Of a DNA stretch of 64,000 nt, positions 50,108 through 63,500 are shown piece after piece. The notes beneath the pieces are model-generated. The model was given only the letters and a program-made list of their open reading frames with translations. It did no database searches and had not been told where the DNA came from. Source of the stretch: Epiperipatus broadwayi (lineage: Eukaryota; Animalia; Onychophora); NCBI GenBank assembly GCA_028023455.1, contig JAQFVV010000005.1, forward strand, positions 10,044,001-10,108,000, read 5' to 3'. The translations under genes were made by a program, and so were the position numbers. Position 1 is the stretch's first letter; each line of letters starts with the position of its first letter.

Positions 50108-53100
50108 TGTACCCTTTTAATTAGGTTCAATTTTTTAAAAAAAATTAAATTAAGGATACATTTTGAATGATATAGCTACTGTGTAATCTTGGTAGTATTT
50201 TAAAATGCTTTATTAAAGTAAAAGTGAGAGTAGTAAATACATAAAAACTATATTAATATGTTAAATAACAAAGTAAAGCTAAATATTATAATTTTTGTGT
50301 GGTTGGGAAAACTGGCCACAATAAAATAATATGCTAAAAAACCCTAATAAACAAGTGCTAAAAGATTATTTTAAAATAATGACTTAAGATTAAATAAATT
50401 AGTGTATTTTAAAATTAAAAATTATATTTAATATTTGTGTTATAAATTATGTATTTAAATGTAATATTTTGTAATGATCAAATGTGTTCAATTTGTTACA
50501 GCTTAAATAGTATTAGAATTATTATTCTAAATTCTATTATTGTATTTTTATTTATTTAATATAATATTCTTATAATTAGAAATTTATTTCTGTTTTCAGA
50601 CAATAATTAAAAAAATTGTTACATTTTGTCTGGTTAAGTTATGTGACACAAATACTCATACTTGTGTGCTTACAAGATTTCTAGATAAAGTTTCAAAATT
50701 ATTTTAGAATTGTGCTAAAATTGAAACATTTGTCACAAGATAAAAAGTAACTGTTATAATAATTATTTAATTGGGTGATTTTAAAAATATGTAATTAGTA
50801 AAATTAGATTTTTAAAAATAAATATTGGATAAATTAATAAAGTATTATTTTTAAAATGTTATTTTAAAATGTTTAGTTTGTCTAAATAAAAGTATAAAAT
50901 TAATTTAGAATTAAATAATATAGTATTTAATGTAATAAAAATGAGTCATGGGTTTTATTTTTAATTTTTAATTGTGCAATCTTGACTGATATGTAAATTA
51001 GATCAGTTAAAGATCTAATAGCCAATTAAATAATCAGTTCAATTTACTATAAAAGTAGATGTTCACATGTTCTGTGTGCTTTTAATAACTTAATTAGGTT
51101 CTTTTAATAACTTAAATAGGTACTTAATAACGAATTAACTCTCTTAATATTTTTTTTTAAATATCAAAATATTGCTTAGTTTATTACTTGGAATATTTAT
51201 TTTAATAGAGAGTATTGAAAAGATTATAAATTTATTAAGCTAAAATCATGCATTGTTAAAACAACAAGATTCTCTATCAAGTATTTCTATTAAAACTTGA
51301 AACAGCTTCACAGTAGCCATGGAATTTATACCAGTAATAAGTATATATTCAAGGAAAGTAAGGATGGAGGTACGAAATTAAAATATAATTCTAGAAATAA
51401 TATTGGAAAAAATATTTATTTTAGTATTTTGGACATTATCAAGGAAATTGGACAGAAAAGTTCATCAATAATTTAGTTTAAATGTATTAAATTGTAAGAA
51501 AAGATAGCCATATTGGTAAATCAAAGCTATATGATAAAAACTTTAACTTTTAATATTTTAAGAGGAATATATTTTAAAAGAGTTGCAGTAAATATTTTAA
51601 AGAAATATTTTTTTAAAAAAAGTTTATTATGAACTTTTCCTTTAAATGATAAAAATATAAAAACCAATAGTAGTGCAAATATATTTTACATGACAAGTCG
51701 GCATTGTTTAAAAAAAGACCGCATTTATTTAATAATTTAAAAAAACAATTTTGGAAAATTATTTTTTGGAAAAGAAATACCTGGGTAATTAAAATTATCC
51801 TGACAAGATAACTTGATAATGTCTTTATTAAATTACTAAATGCTAATTTTCATGGAATATAAGTGCGTATTTTCTGTACAAGTATGCATGAATCCATATA
51901 GCCGTAATTGATGCATCAAAAGCCCATGTAGGATCCTAGCGAATGGGAAAACTCCAGAAGATTATTTTATAACTTTCAAAATTGATATCACCTTCAAGAA
52001 TCATTATCCTGAAAAATATAGACAAGTGACTGTAATTTTTATGAACTTTTATCAAATGATTAATGATTATTTTTCTTAATAACTTCAAATTTAAAAGTCG
52101 ATGTAATTTTTTTTTATCATTTATGAGTTAACTACACTGTGCACTTTAGGGAAAGAAAGCTCTGTGTTTTGTTATCAAGTGTTGAACAGCATTGTCTTAG
52201 TAACTGTGCCGGGGAGGAGAAAAGTTTTCGTTCTAAAGCATTGGACAGTAGTTGCTTTAACAAATATTTTTGGGAAGAAAAAAAAAGAAAAACTTATATG
52301 AAGGACCTCTAAAGAATAAATATTAGGAGAAAGAAAAGAACATTTTTTTAAATTTACTTTATAGAGGATTGGAGTATTTCATAAATATAGTTTTAATTAT
52401 CTTTTTGCTTACTAATAATAGTATTAAGTTTTTTTTCTTATTATTGTTAGGTAGGAAAATTACATATAAAATATCTATTAATCTAACATAATAATTATTA
52501 TAAAGAATATTTAATTCTTTGTAAAGTTTTTTATAAATATTTTTCTAAGTATGATAGTTCTTGCTGAGTAAATGCTATTATTATTTGATATGTTTCTTTT
52601 ATGAAATATGGACCAGAAAATGTCTAGTGACCAACCAGAAATTTGTCACTATGGGTAAACTTTGTAAAATATATTAATTTTTACATGATGTATATATTTT
52701 TTTAGATTGCTTAGAATATTTTATAGTATTACCTTATCATATGAACGTATGAGTTTGTGTGCATGCATTAAATACACAGAACTTATTATTGTTATTCTAG
52801 AAATATTAGCTACATTTTTAAAAAAAAAATAGATATGCATACTTTTCTTGTATATTACTAATGTAATATGATTTAATGATACATATATTTTATATGATTC
52901 TTTAGTGGAGAAACCCTATTATTTTAAATGTTTTAAATGATGATTTAGTACATTAAAACAAAAATCATTTGTATTTTTATTGCTGAATTTTGAAATTGAA
53001 GAAACCTTTTTCTTATTAAAGTAGTTTTTAGATTAGCAAAGTCATATGTAAATCTTATTTATTGTTTTAGAATAATGTTTGATAATTTTGCAATGTAGAT

Positions 53101-55222
53101 TGATAAATCTATTATGAAATTTTTAAGTGACAGTGACCTTGGGATTATGAAAAGAAATAATGGGATACTTATATGTAGGATTTATGGGGAATAGAAAGTA
53201 ATTTATATTATTATCTTAGTAGTTTATGCAGGTACAGATAATGTAGCCCTGTGACTTGTATATTTTCCATGGGCAGTGTTTTTCTCAGTATTGAGTATTT
53301 TAATGTTCGAAGGAGCTGAATAAATAGCCTGAACATTATTTTATATTTGAGGTTATTAGACAGAGAAGTCATGCCTCTTTGTGTGCACTGTTGCTATGTA
53401 GATTATCCTATATTTTTATACTATTGAGTCTATACTCTAGTTGTTCTTCATGCCTACGCATTGAATCGCTATCTTAAATTTAAAAGTTATTACATCATAC
53501 AGAATTGAATTTATGAAGGAGAATAATAAATAATTTTGGGAATTGTAGGATTGTTATTTTTGAAAGAAGATGAGATAGGTTTTTCTTACTTTGGTTTATA
53601 TTGAGATCAAATACAAATGAGGTTGAAAGTAAATGCAAACTATAATAATAAAGAATCATAAATATTTCCGTATTTTATTAAACTATTTTTAAAAAAATAT
53701 ATAAGTGATAATAAATTATTCACGAGATTTTTGAATAATTTTTTGAATATTTTGATTATACATGGTAATGCATATTTTTAAAGAATTAAACATCCAGAAA
53801 AAACAACATAAAATAGAATGAGTACTTATATTTTGTGAATATTATTTTATGTTTAGAACACACATAAAACACACATAGAGATTTTTATTAGAGTAATGCC
53901 AAGCAAGGTATATCAATTATTTTATTTTATTTAAGTCCATTTATTTATTTAAGAACCAAAATAAATATTTTTGAATAATATCAGCACTATCATAGTAGAA
54001 GTTTATTTAATTTATTACAAAATCTATGAACATATATTAAAAATAAATGTTACTTCAGTAGTTTATAATTTCACATTTTTGTGTATGCTTATGGAAAACC
54101 TATTTTTAATACATGTCAGTTAATAGATATTATATTCAACTATAATTGTATTCATAATTAGTATTATTATTATTATTATTGTGAATAAATGTGCAAAGTT
54201 ATAAGTCAGAGTAAAGGCTTATTTACTTGCTGATTTTATTTTTTTTTTTTTAAAAAATGAAGTATGTAATTTATCTAAGATGTAACTGTAAATATTGTAT
54301 ATAGTTTTTTGTTAAAAGTCTATAATAAATTTTGTTTTATAAAACTTTGTGTTGTATTGATTATTCACATTACAAATACATGACCATCAGATATTAAACC
54401 AAAAAACATAATATTTGCACAGTACGAGTATAATCATTTACTTAAGAAATTATAGTGATTCATAATATAATTTATTTGAGAAATTTCATTTTACATTATT
54501 ATTATTATGGTCATAATTAATTGTACAATATATTGCATAGTTGCCACATATTATCAGATTATACCACATATTCTATTTAAGATGCCACATGAAAACGAAA
54601 GATTATATTATGTTATTTATAGTTATTATTATTATTGATAGTTACTATAACATTGAACAGTAGATAAGATTGATAATTATCAATTGAAGATTATTATTAT
54701 TTATTATTATTATTAGTTATATGTAGTTGAGGGTGATACAAAATCCCTTATCATACTTGACTACAGAAAATTATAAATTGATTCGAGTTAGTTTAAGAAA
54801 CCTGAGATTATTATAGTTATATTATTTGGATAAGGAGATTAGAATTTATTTATTATATTAAATTGATTGTTATTATTTTAAAGTCGTTATTATTTTAAAG
54901 TCGTAAGAATGCTATGAATTTATTATTAGTTGAAATAATGGGGGGGGGGTAGTGTTCTTATGCCATTAGAGTGGTATCCTGTGGGAAATTGGCTCAATGT
55001 AATTTTTACTGCTTGTACTTCACTTTATAGAATCATGATTTATTATTTTTTTATAAACCGAACTATTTATTATTTATTTCTTAATCTGTTAGAGCTAGTT
55101 TAATAGTAGACAGTACCATAGGATATCTTAGCTATTGATTGTATGTATTTTAGTCGAGCATAATCATTTATCTGAGCTAGTCTAATTTTACTATTATTAT
55201 ATTTCCAGTTAGTGAGGGTACA
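50108..55222. mobile_element. 5.1-kb TGT...ACA element, copy 2
   Basis: ATAT|TGTACCCT...AGGGTACA|ATAT (8-bp TIR, 4-bp flanking duplication). Colinear with 2311-7420. Inserted in the (TA)n tract inside a PLE whose uninterrupted sister copy is at ~49237. Confidence 0.9.
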
Positions 55223-55275
55223 ATATATATATAAATTAGTAATCAATGTCTGTATTCCAATTATAAACAAATATA

Positions 55276-55465
55276 TATAATTCTTCGAAAAACAATACAA
55301 TAATTAATACAGTAAATAATATTTTAAAAACAAATATCTACTATAATTTAATACAAGTACTTTCGATTAACATTTCAGTTACAAAAAACCATTATAAATG
55401 TCTACAAAAACAATTACGTCATATATCAATTTTCCCACAATTCATTAATTTTTCGAAGAATTATA
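55276..55465. mobile_element. 190-bp MITE in a TA tract
   Basis: 17-bp perfect inverted ends TATAATTCTTCGAAAAA (55276-92) / TTTTTCGAAGAATTATA (55449-65). No ORF. Confidence 0.8.
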
Positions 55466-56079
55466 CATATATAAGGATGCGTTTAATGTTTCATTTTGTG
55501 TTACATCATACTGTTAATAAGTTAATGAATAATTCTAAAAATGTTATACCTGTCAAGCAGAAAAGTAATATTGTGTATCATTTTTTTGTGAATGTATGTT
55601 ATCATATATAGATGAATAGTAGTGCAAATATTGAAAAAAGATTAAATGAGCATGCATTGTGATACAAGCATGTGAAAAGTAAAAATAATGATTTAATGAC
55701 TGTTTTACTTTTCTTGGATCATGAAAAGATATAAATTTAGGTTTGATATTGAAAGTGTTAAGATTCTTCATGAAGAGAGAAGCCATAATAAAAGAAAAAT
55801 TAAGGAAGCAATTTTAATAAATGGAAATAAAATGAATATACTTAATAGACAAGTTGTTAATATTAAAATTTGGGGTTGGTGGAATTTGAATTAATGCTGT
55901 TTGCTTTTTTTTCTTTTTTTTTTAATTTAATGGCAGTTGAAGAGGTTTAAGAAATTAACTAACAGTATTTCTGTGATTGCAAAACTGTATATAATTGTTA
56001 ATTACCATTATATTTATTAGTTTTTTTTATTTGTATATCCATGGGGTATACCATAAGATTATGTGAATAAGACTAAGTA

Positions 56080-56480
56080 GTTGAATGATTTGAATACAAT
56101 GTGTCAAATAACCTATAACAAGTCATATCCTAAATCTATGATTTGACATCCCATTTGGGTGCGCCAGATATTACAGAATCAGAAATGGCATATAACAAAG
56201 GGAGCACATCTCACTACTGTCAGACCTAGGCCTTCAAGTAGGATGCTAAAAATGTCACAATGAAATACTTAGTACCAAATCACATCTACTTTTAGTATGC
56301 CAGCTCATAATTTACTGACAACATTTCAATGTAATTTAGATTAAAGCATATTCATTACATTTCCCTTTTTGGGCCCCTTTACACCACAGAATTCAAACTC
56401 AGAGAGTTCTTGCAGTCAGCTCTCTTGAGGGATGGACTTACTTAATTATTGACCAAATATGCCTATGTATAAGCACAGAT
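56080..56480 (+). mobile_element. Possible L1/Tx1-clade ORF2 C-terminal remnant (zf-RVT)
   Basis: 'HPIWV...KWHITKGAHLT' followed by 'GC*KCHNEILSTKSHLLLVC' (CxxC...H....C). Confidence 0.5.
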
Positions 56481-58639
56481 ATAAAAAAATATTGATGATG
56501 ATCAATCATTTAGGAGAGCAATACATAATGATGATCATCATCATCAAACCTTTAATGGTGTAAATTCATAATGATAGTGATGATGAAACTTTTAATGGGA
56601 TAGTGATGATCAAACAGAGATCAGATTGGTTTAAATAACTCGATACATTTATTAATAATTTATAAGGATATAATAATAAATATTTACAAACAAAAAAAAA
56701 ATATTAAGTTAACACGACTGGTATTCTATCATTTTGATGGCTTAGCACAATAAATTTCCTTGATTCAGATTTCATGATAGAAGTATGTCCTCAATCAATC
56801 TTTATTTACACTAGAGAAACAAAATAATTCAAAGTACAGTATATACAAAATGATATTAAACAATTCACTAAATATATATGTAAAACAAAAAAGAAAAGCA
56901 AAATGAGAGTTCAGTAATTCTAAATTTACTCCATTAATATAATTACTAAAATAATGTTTAAAGGTTGGGATATATATATATAACTATTTTTTTTAAATAT
57001 ATATATAGTCCTACTCCCATCTATATGTGTATGTAAGTCGTAGTAAAAATTAATGAAAGATAAGAAAAAGACCATTTACTCGTGTGAATTAATTGTGCAC
57101 TCAGAAATAAACAATTACAAGTAAATATTAAAAACTTATTAGTAAATAATATAATTTTGTTTGTCCTAGAGTTTGCACTTAATGTTAATTATATAAAAAC
57201 TTTACTTGAGGTTGCCTTGATGGATCAGTGTTGAATTTCCAGAGGGATCTGTAAATTTATTTTTATTAATAATTATACATATTTATTGACTATGCCTTTT
57301 TCCTTTATATATCAACATATCGATACATATCAATTCACTGCCCCCACTTTTAAAATGTAGGTGATCAAATTTGAAAATGAAACTTGAATACACAAATAAA
57401 AAAATCACAATACATGAAATTTTAAATAGATATAATAAAAACAAAAAAAATCAAAAAATCATGTGAATCAAAAAAGAAAATATCTATATATATATATCCT
57501 GAGGAAAGCAAGCATTTTGTCCACTGTTAAGAGTTTATAAACTTAAATGTCAATCTCCATGCATAACGTTCTTGTTCACCAACTCTGTTTATATGTATAT
57601 ATTTCATGCTACTTGGTTAAAACAAACACATACCAATTATCTCTTCTGAACATATAGCATAAATCCATTGAAGATTAATGTTCACCAGCATTTTGTAAAA
57701 TAGACATTTTGATGGATAATTTTAAAATGACATTGAAGATGACTTGGTGATGCCCACAGTATTGACTTTATCCCAAATACATTGCAATGATTACTTTACT
57801 ATAAATTATTAATTATATTGTGGCTTCAATATCTATATGAAAATGGCTTAAAGAAACAGTCAATTTCTAGTAGCTTCACATTTCTTTTTTCTCATTTCCA
57901 TAACAACAAATTCAAGCTAGCAGAATAAATTAAATCATTAGTTTATCCCTGCTAATTATAAATTGAACTTTGTCACTTTACTAGCTAAGATTAAATTTCC
58001 AATTTCCTTCTATCCAAATTATAAAGATTTTATATTAACTTTAAAATATAGACATTAAGATTTAAATTTCATATCCTTACTGTTTTTTTTAAACACCGAA
58101 CAGTTTTTTCTTTTTTTTTTAAAAAAAAAAAAAGACTTTACCTTATGTGCTGCCGGTTTAGTTGTTAGTCAGCAAGTGTAAAAATGCTAGATTGTTTTCT
58201 CATGCCAGCTAAAACCTATTGTTACAAACTAATCAAGAAAAAAAAAATTATAAAACATTATTATTTTTTATTTAGTCTTCATTATTTAAAGTTGATCACC
58301 TAGCAACTATTTTGACCTCATATATTTTGACCTTTGATTATGTCTGTCTTATAAGTCAATTAAATATTATTTTAGTTAATGATATTAAATGAAAAAAAGA
58401 AGTTAATTTCTACAAATAGACAAACATATTAGTTTATATGTATGTTTATATACATATATACTTCATGTGTATAAACAGGTATATAGAATAAATTATTTGC
58501 CTACCACTTGGCCTGAATTCAAACATTGTGAAAAAAACTGGAACAGGTATGATGGTTGGTTGTAACTCATCTCTTACAATATATATATATATAGATTGTA
58601 AATAACAATTGTATAAAACAAATACTACTGATCTAGCAA

Positions 58640-60530
58640 AAATAAACTCTAGATTAAAATAATAATAAACATTTATTATAAACTTATTATTCTTATATTA
58701 TAACACTTAACAAACTATTCTTATGTTATATTTTACAAGTAACTTTTCATTATTTGAAATTTATGAATTCTATAACAAGCAGAAAACAATATATACATCA
58801 ATATTAAATAACTCTGAATTGAGATATATGCATAGAAATGTTTTTATCTTCCTTTCTGTATACTATACCACTTCCAGTTTTATAATATCCAAAAAAGATA
58901 TTAAATTTATTATATAATTCTAGTGGCTATGAATATCAAAATAAATGTGCACAAATATTGTTTTAAATTGAATATTATCTCAGACAACCATACAGTTCTA
59001 ATGACATAAGTATATAACAATCATTTATAAGATTTAACATCAATGCAATATTCCCAATATGCATTCCAAAATGCATACATCATTAAACATTAAAAAATAT
59101 TTCAAAATTTATAAAACAAGCAAAGTGCACACAAAAAAATCAATTTTAATTAGGACAGGTACATACATAATTAATATTTTACATATACATCAATAATAAA
59201 TATATGAGTTAGGTATATAAATTTAATAAATATACTATTTCAGTAAATATGCACTATGTAAACCTATAAATAGTCCATATATCATATGAGAAATAAAATT
59301 CTGTTTAAAAACCTCTATTAATAAATTCAAGTATACTTTATTTAAACTCACAATATAGATGCTTGTTCAAATATTAGCTCTAATAAATTATTAATCAACC
59401 ATTAATCTCCTTCTCATCTTTCAATAATTATCTGAATAAAATATATTAAAATTCGACATTATGATGTGATTTCAACTAAAATAAATGCTTCTCATTGCTA
59501 TATGCACAGTAATTTATTCTTTATCTAACTTTATATAACTTATATCACATTTTAATGTATAAATTATTTTAATTATATAATAATACTAACAACAATTAGT
59601 TTTAATGATAAGCAATTTCTGGGATCTAAGTATTCAATTTTGTTAAGTAATTTAAATAAGGAACTATTATGTGAACCTTATCACACATCTTGCTTTTGTT
59701 TGAAATCATAATATGAAAGTATGCACTAAGTGCATTTAAATAATAAAAATTTAAGGTATACATAGTAATTGCTCATTTAATGAGAAATGTTAAAAAATAT
59801 AATAAGTGATACATTGAAATAATAATATAAATTTTATGGAGAAAAAAAAATTATTTAAAATAATATCCCAAAAATCTATAAATTTATAAACTTTTATTAA
59901 GTTTAACTAAGATTCTAAAAGAATAATAGTTTGGCATTCAGTAGTTTTTTATGTTGGTTTTAATTGGAATTGAAATATTTTTGTTTATTTTACATACATT
60001 TTGTTTAGAGATCTTGCATTATAAAAATTGATGGCTAAATTTATAATAGAATATCCTGTGGATTTCCTTAATTAGTTTATTGATTTTCATACAATCAAGT
60101 TTCTACATATTTGAAGTATTTGTTCTGTCATGATCAATTTCTCCATCAGTAGTCATTACCAAGACCATAGGATATTGGAATAGATTCTGCACCCAGATAA
60201 ATCAGCCTCCCATTGCAAGGCTTTGAAATCAGTAAAAAGTTTCTACTCATTGTGGACTAGTTTGCAACTTCTCTCTCACATCCATGTTGTTGATGACCAA
60301 TGTGAAAAACAGTGGGAATAATGCAATGAATAAAATGTAAAATAAGATGAATTGTTTTTTTTTTAATATATATATATATATATATATATTTTATAATATA
60401 TATATATAAAATCTTAGGTAAGGGAATAATAAATTACTAAGAAAAGCCATTACCACAGTTTTGTATTTCTGGAATAATGGATATCAAATGTGAAGAGAGA
60501 AAATAATAAAGTAAAATAGGATTAGTATAT
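58640..60530. repeat. ~1.9-kb diverged direct repeat, copy 2 (partner at 40960-42890)
   Basis: Colinear similarity to 40960-42890. Begins just after a TCTTACA|(AT)n junction at 58578. Confidence 0.8.
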
Positions 60531-63500
60531 AAAATAATTTGTAGGAACCACAATAAGATATATATATAGGTCAAACAGAGAAAGAGCAATAGAAAGGAGA
60601 AAAGAGCATAATAGTTTTATTGATAGGAAGGATATGAATTCAGGACAATATGTTCATTATTATATACTGGTCATAGAATGAGATGTATAGAAAATATGGA
60701 AATTATAAAATATGTTAAAGATTATAATAGAAGGAAATATTATGAGGCAGTATACATTCAGAAGAATATGAGTAAATGTGTTAATTTAGTTAAAGGACCT
60801 AGAAAGTTGAGTTGTAAATGGGCACTAAAGAATAATTGGAAAATTTAATATGTTTGATTTGGGGTTTTTTTGTTTGTTTTTTGTAAGTTAATATGTATGA
60901 TATATATATATAAATAATTTGTTAATTATGGATAAGTAAGGTTTTATTTGTAAGTACATATATGAAAAATGATATATAATTTAATTTAATGCATAAAGTA
61001 TATGTATATAATTAATTCAATAAAGTTTATATAAAGTATTATATAATTTATGGTGTAGAATATATGTATATAATTATTTAATTGTAGTTAATGCGATTTT
61101 AATTACTATATAAAATAATATGTAAATATACATATGTAAACAAAAAATGGGGGAGTATATATATATATATGTGTGTGTGTAAATAGGTTATATGATTATA
61201 TAAAATGATTATGTAAAATGAACATTAGAGGAGTATTGATAGATATAAGACTCATGTGATTGTATTAGAAAAGTATATTTTGAAAAAGCCCTAATTTAGG
61301 GCAAAAACAGGTTTTATGATAAAGAAAATATTTCTTTTTATATAATTGTTTTATTTCAATTGTGTTGGAATCATTATTTATATATATATATAATGTAGAT
61401 GTTCATGTTTGCATAAACCAATATGTAGGTATGGAAGCCAGTTATAATTAATGGATATTGGATTTTTTCCATTATTAATAACAGAAACTGAGACACACTC
61501 AAGATAGTAAAATTATGGGCTTTGCAAAATAATTTCCTTAAATAGTTAAAATTATTTTTTTTCTATCTGAAAAATGTACCAGTGTTATGCAGTAAATACA
61601 CTTGAATATTAAAATAACAACATTGGTATTAAATCACTGTACTATATATAAACAAATAAACAGAATAGTCCTCAAATAGCTTGCTGTGATCAAAAGAAAT
61701 GCTTATTATGTAAATTTTTTTTTTAGTAGTTTCCAATCTTTGTTTTATTTTCTTACATAGGAATAGTTAGTTCCCTAATCATTTTTGGCTAATTTTTAAT
61801 GGCTGATGGGTTGGCCATAAACTTAAATGAAACTTAATTTGTATCTTCAGAAATGAAAAAAAATAAAGGTTTATGTGGCCCAACTTCCATTTTATATACT
61901 GTTTCACTATAAATGGTATAAATAGTAAGATTACCCAAGAAATAAAAACTATTTATCTCAAATCAAATTCAATAATAATCAAAATTAGGACACATAAAAT
62001 GAAACAAATTATATATGCTTCTGGCCCTAAATCTCTAAGTTATACCAATACATTTTGATAATAAACCAGTTAGTAAGAAATGCTAGCCCTTATCGGTAAT
62101 GTAAATCTGGAGTAACAGTTTAAATACCAACTGATTTATATATATGTGAGATATTAATATTTAAATCATATATTAGTAGAAATTTATTGATCTATGTATT
62201 TAAATACTACTTGTAATTATTGACCTCAATTTATTGAGTAAATAATGTTCAGGTCTTATGATTCAATGTAATAATAATAATAATTTATTTACAATAAATA
62301 AAGTAGATAAATATCGGATTAATAATAATATAAAAAAATAAAATTCCAAAATATAATAGTTGTATAAGTGTTTAGACCTATGATGATATTAGACAGCAGA
62401 CTTATCTTTCATAACCAGGATAAAACATATATATTTACAATTTAATTATCATTAAAAGAACATAAAATAATAAGAATTCTTTAATTAATTGTGATTTATA
62501 ATTATAAAACAAGAAAGTCTAAATAAATTATTTATATAACATTTAATTGATAGTTACTTTTAATTCAAAATAATTATATTCCCCTAGTTATACTTATATT
62601 CATTTATTTATTTATATGAATTGTTATCAACTATAAAATACCTGATCTTATTAATTTAATGCTACATTCTCTCTATATTTTAAAAAATATATATTAATAA
62701 ATTTTGATATATTTATCTAAAGATTGCCATCATTGTTAACTGTCTCTAAGGAATTTAAATCATTTGATGATTGAGTCATGATAATAAAAATGAACAGACA
62801 AAATTTACATATATAATTATTTAAAATAAAATGTGAAATGGCTTAAATCATGGGTGGGGAACTGTTTTCTGCCAATAGCCATTTGGATATTTATAATCTC
62901 ATTCATCAGGCACACAAAATTATTGACTTAATTATTAGTCTATTATATTTTATCAAAAATTTAATTAATTAATGATGGGCAACTTTTTTAATTGACAGGT
63001 CAATTTCAAGTTTTCTCTTTTAAACAAGAGCCATAATTGTTTTGTGAATAAAAATAAAGTAATATCATTATTATTAAAGACTTCCACATTTAATGATAAT
63101 TTTTCCAATTCACATTGAACTTATCTTCAGACATATATTCTCAAATTGTTTTTTTGTTCTAGAAGAATAAGTCTAGAACAGCTAGAATGCAATCTTTTAT
63201 AAACTCCCCTTTAAAAAATGGTTTAAAAATTTTAGCATTTTTTAATAACTTGCTCTCACAGAATATTCTGACTTGTTTGTACTTCTTACAATGCATGTCA
63301 GCTATTTGATGAAGCTTCTTTTCAAATTTTTCATTTTAATTTTTCTTTCTTATCCAGTAATTTTGTTATAGTTAGAATGTTTTGATAAATATTTTAATCC
63401 TCTGATTCTTGCAGACATATTAGGCACACTTATTAACCATTTCTTTTTAGTAAAAAAATACACATTGGTCTAGTTCTTTTCAAATGCATAATTTTCTATG

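Larger units (their letters stand above)
49596..56030 (+). mobile_element. Penelope-like element, family 1, plus copy, split by the 5.1-kb element and a MITE
   Basis: 49596-50100: RT 'DVNDVCL' (YVDD-like), 'KWTIEK...YLNLNIIR', thumb '...IGYKIKHINNIL'. It resumes at ~55470 with 'KSNIVYHFFCECMLSYIDE...KKRLNEH' (GIY-YIG). HHR-like motif at 55933-55974. Confidence 0.85.

Noticed and set aside
2311-55222. The two 5.1-kb repeats as paired LTRs of a single 53-kb element
   Set aside because: Each copy has its own TA flanks, copy 2 interrupts a PLE whose halves lie on both sides, and no PBS is adjacent. These are independent insertions.
57550-57820. Possible Harbinger-like nuclease fragment ('NVFGIK')
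   Set aside because: Single weak motif, insufficient support.
41642-58578. TGTAAGA...TCTTACA as ends of a 17-kb element
   Set aside because: The left end lacks a clean ATAT flank and lies inside the 40960-42890 repeat. A 7-bp match is plausible by chance in this composition.
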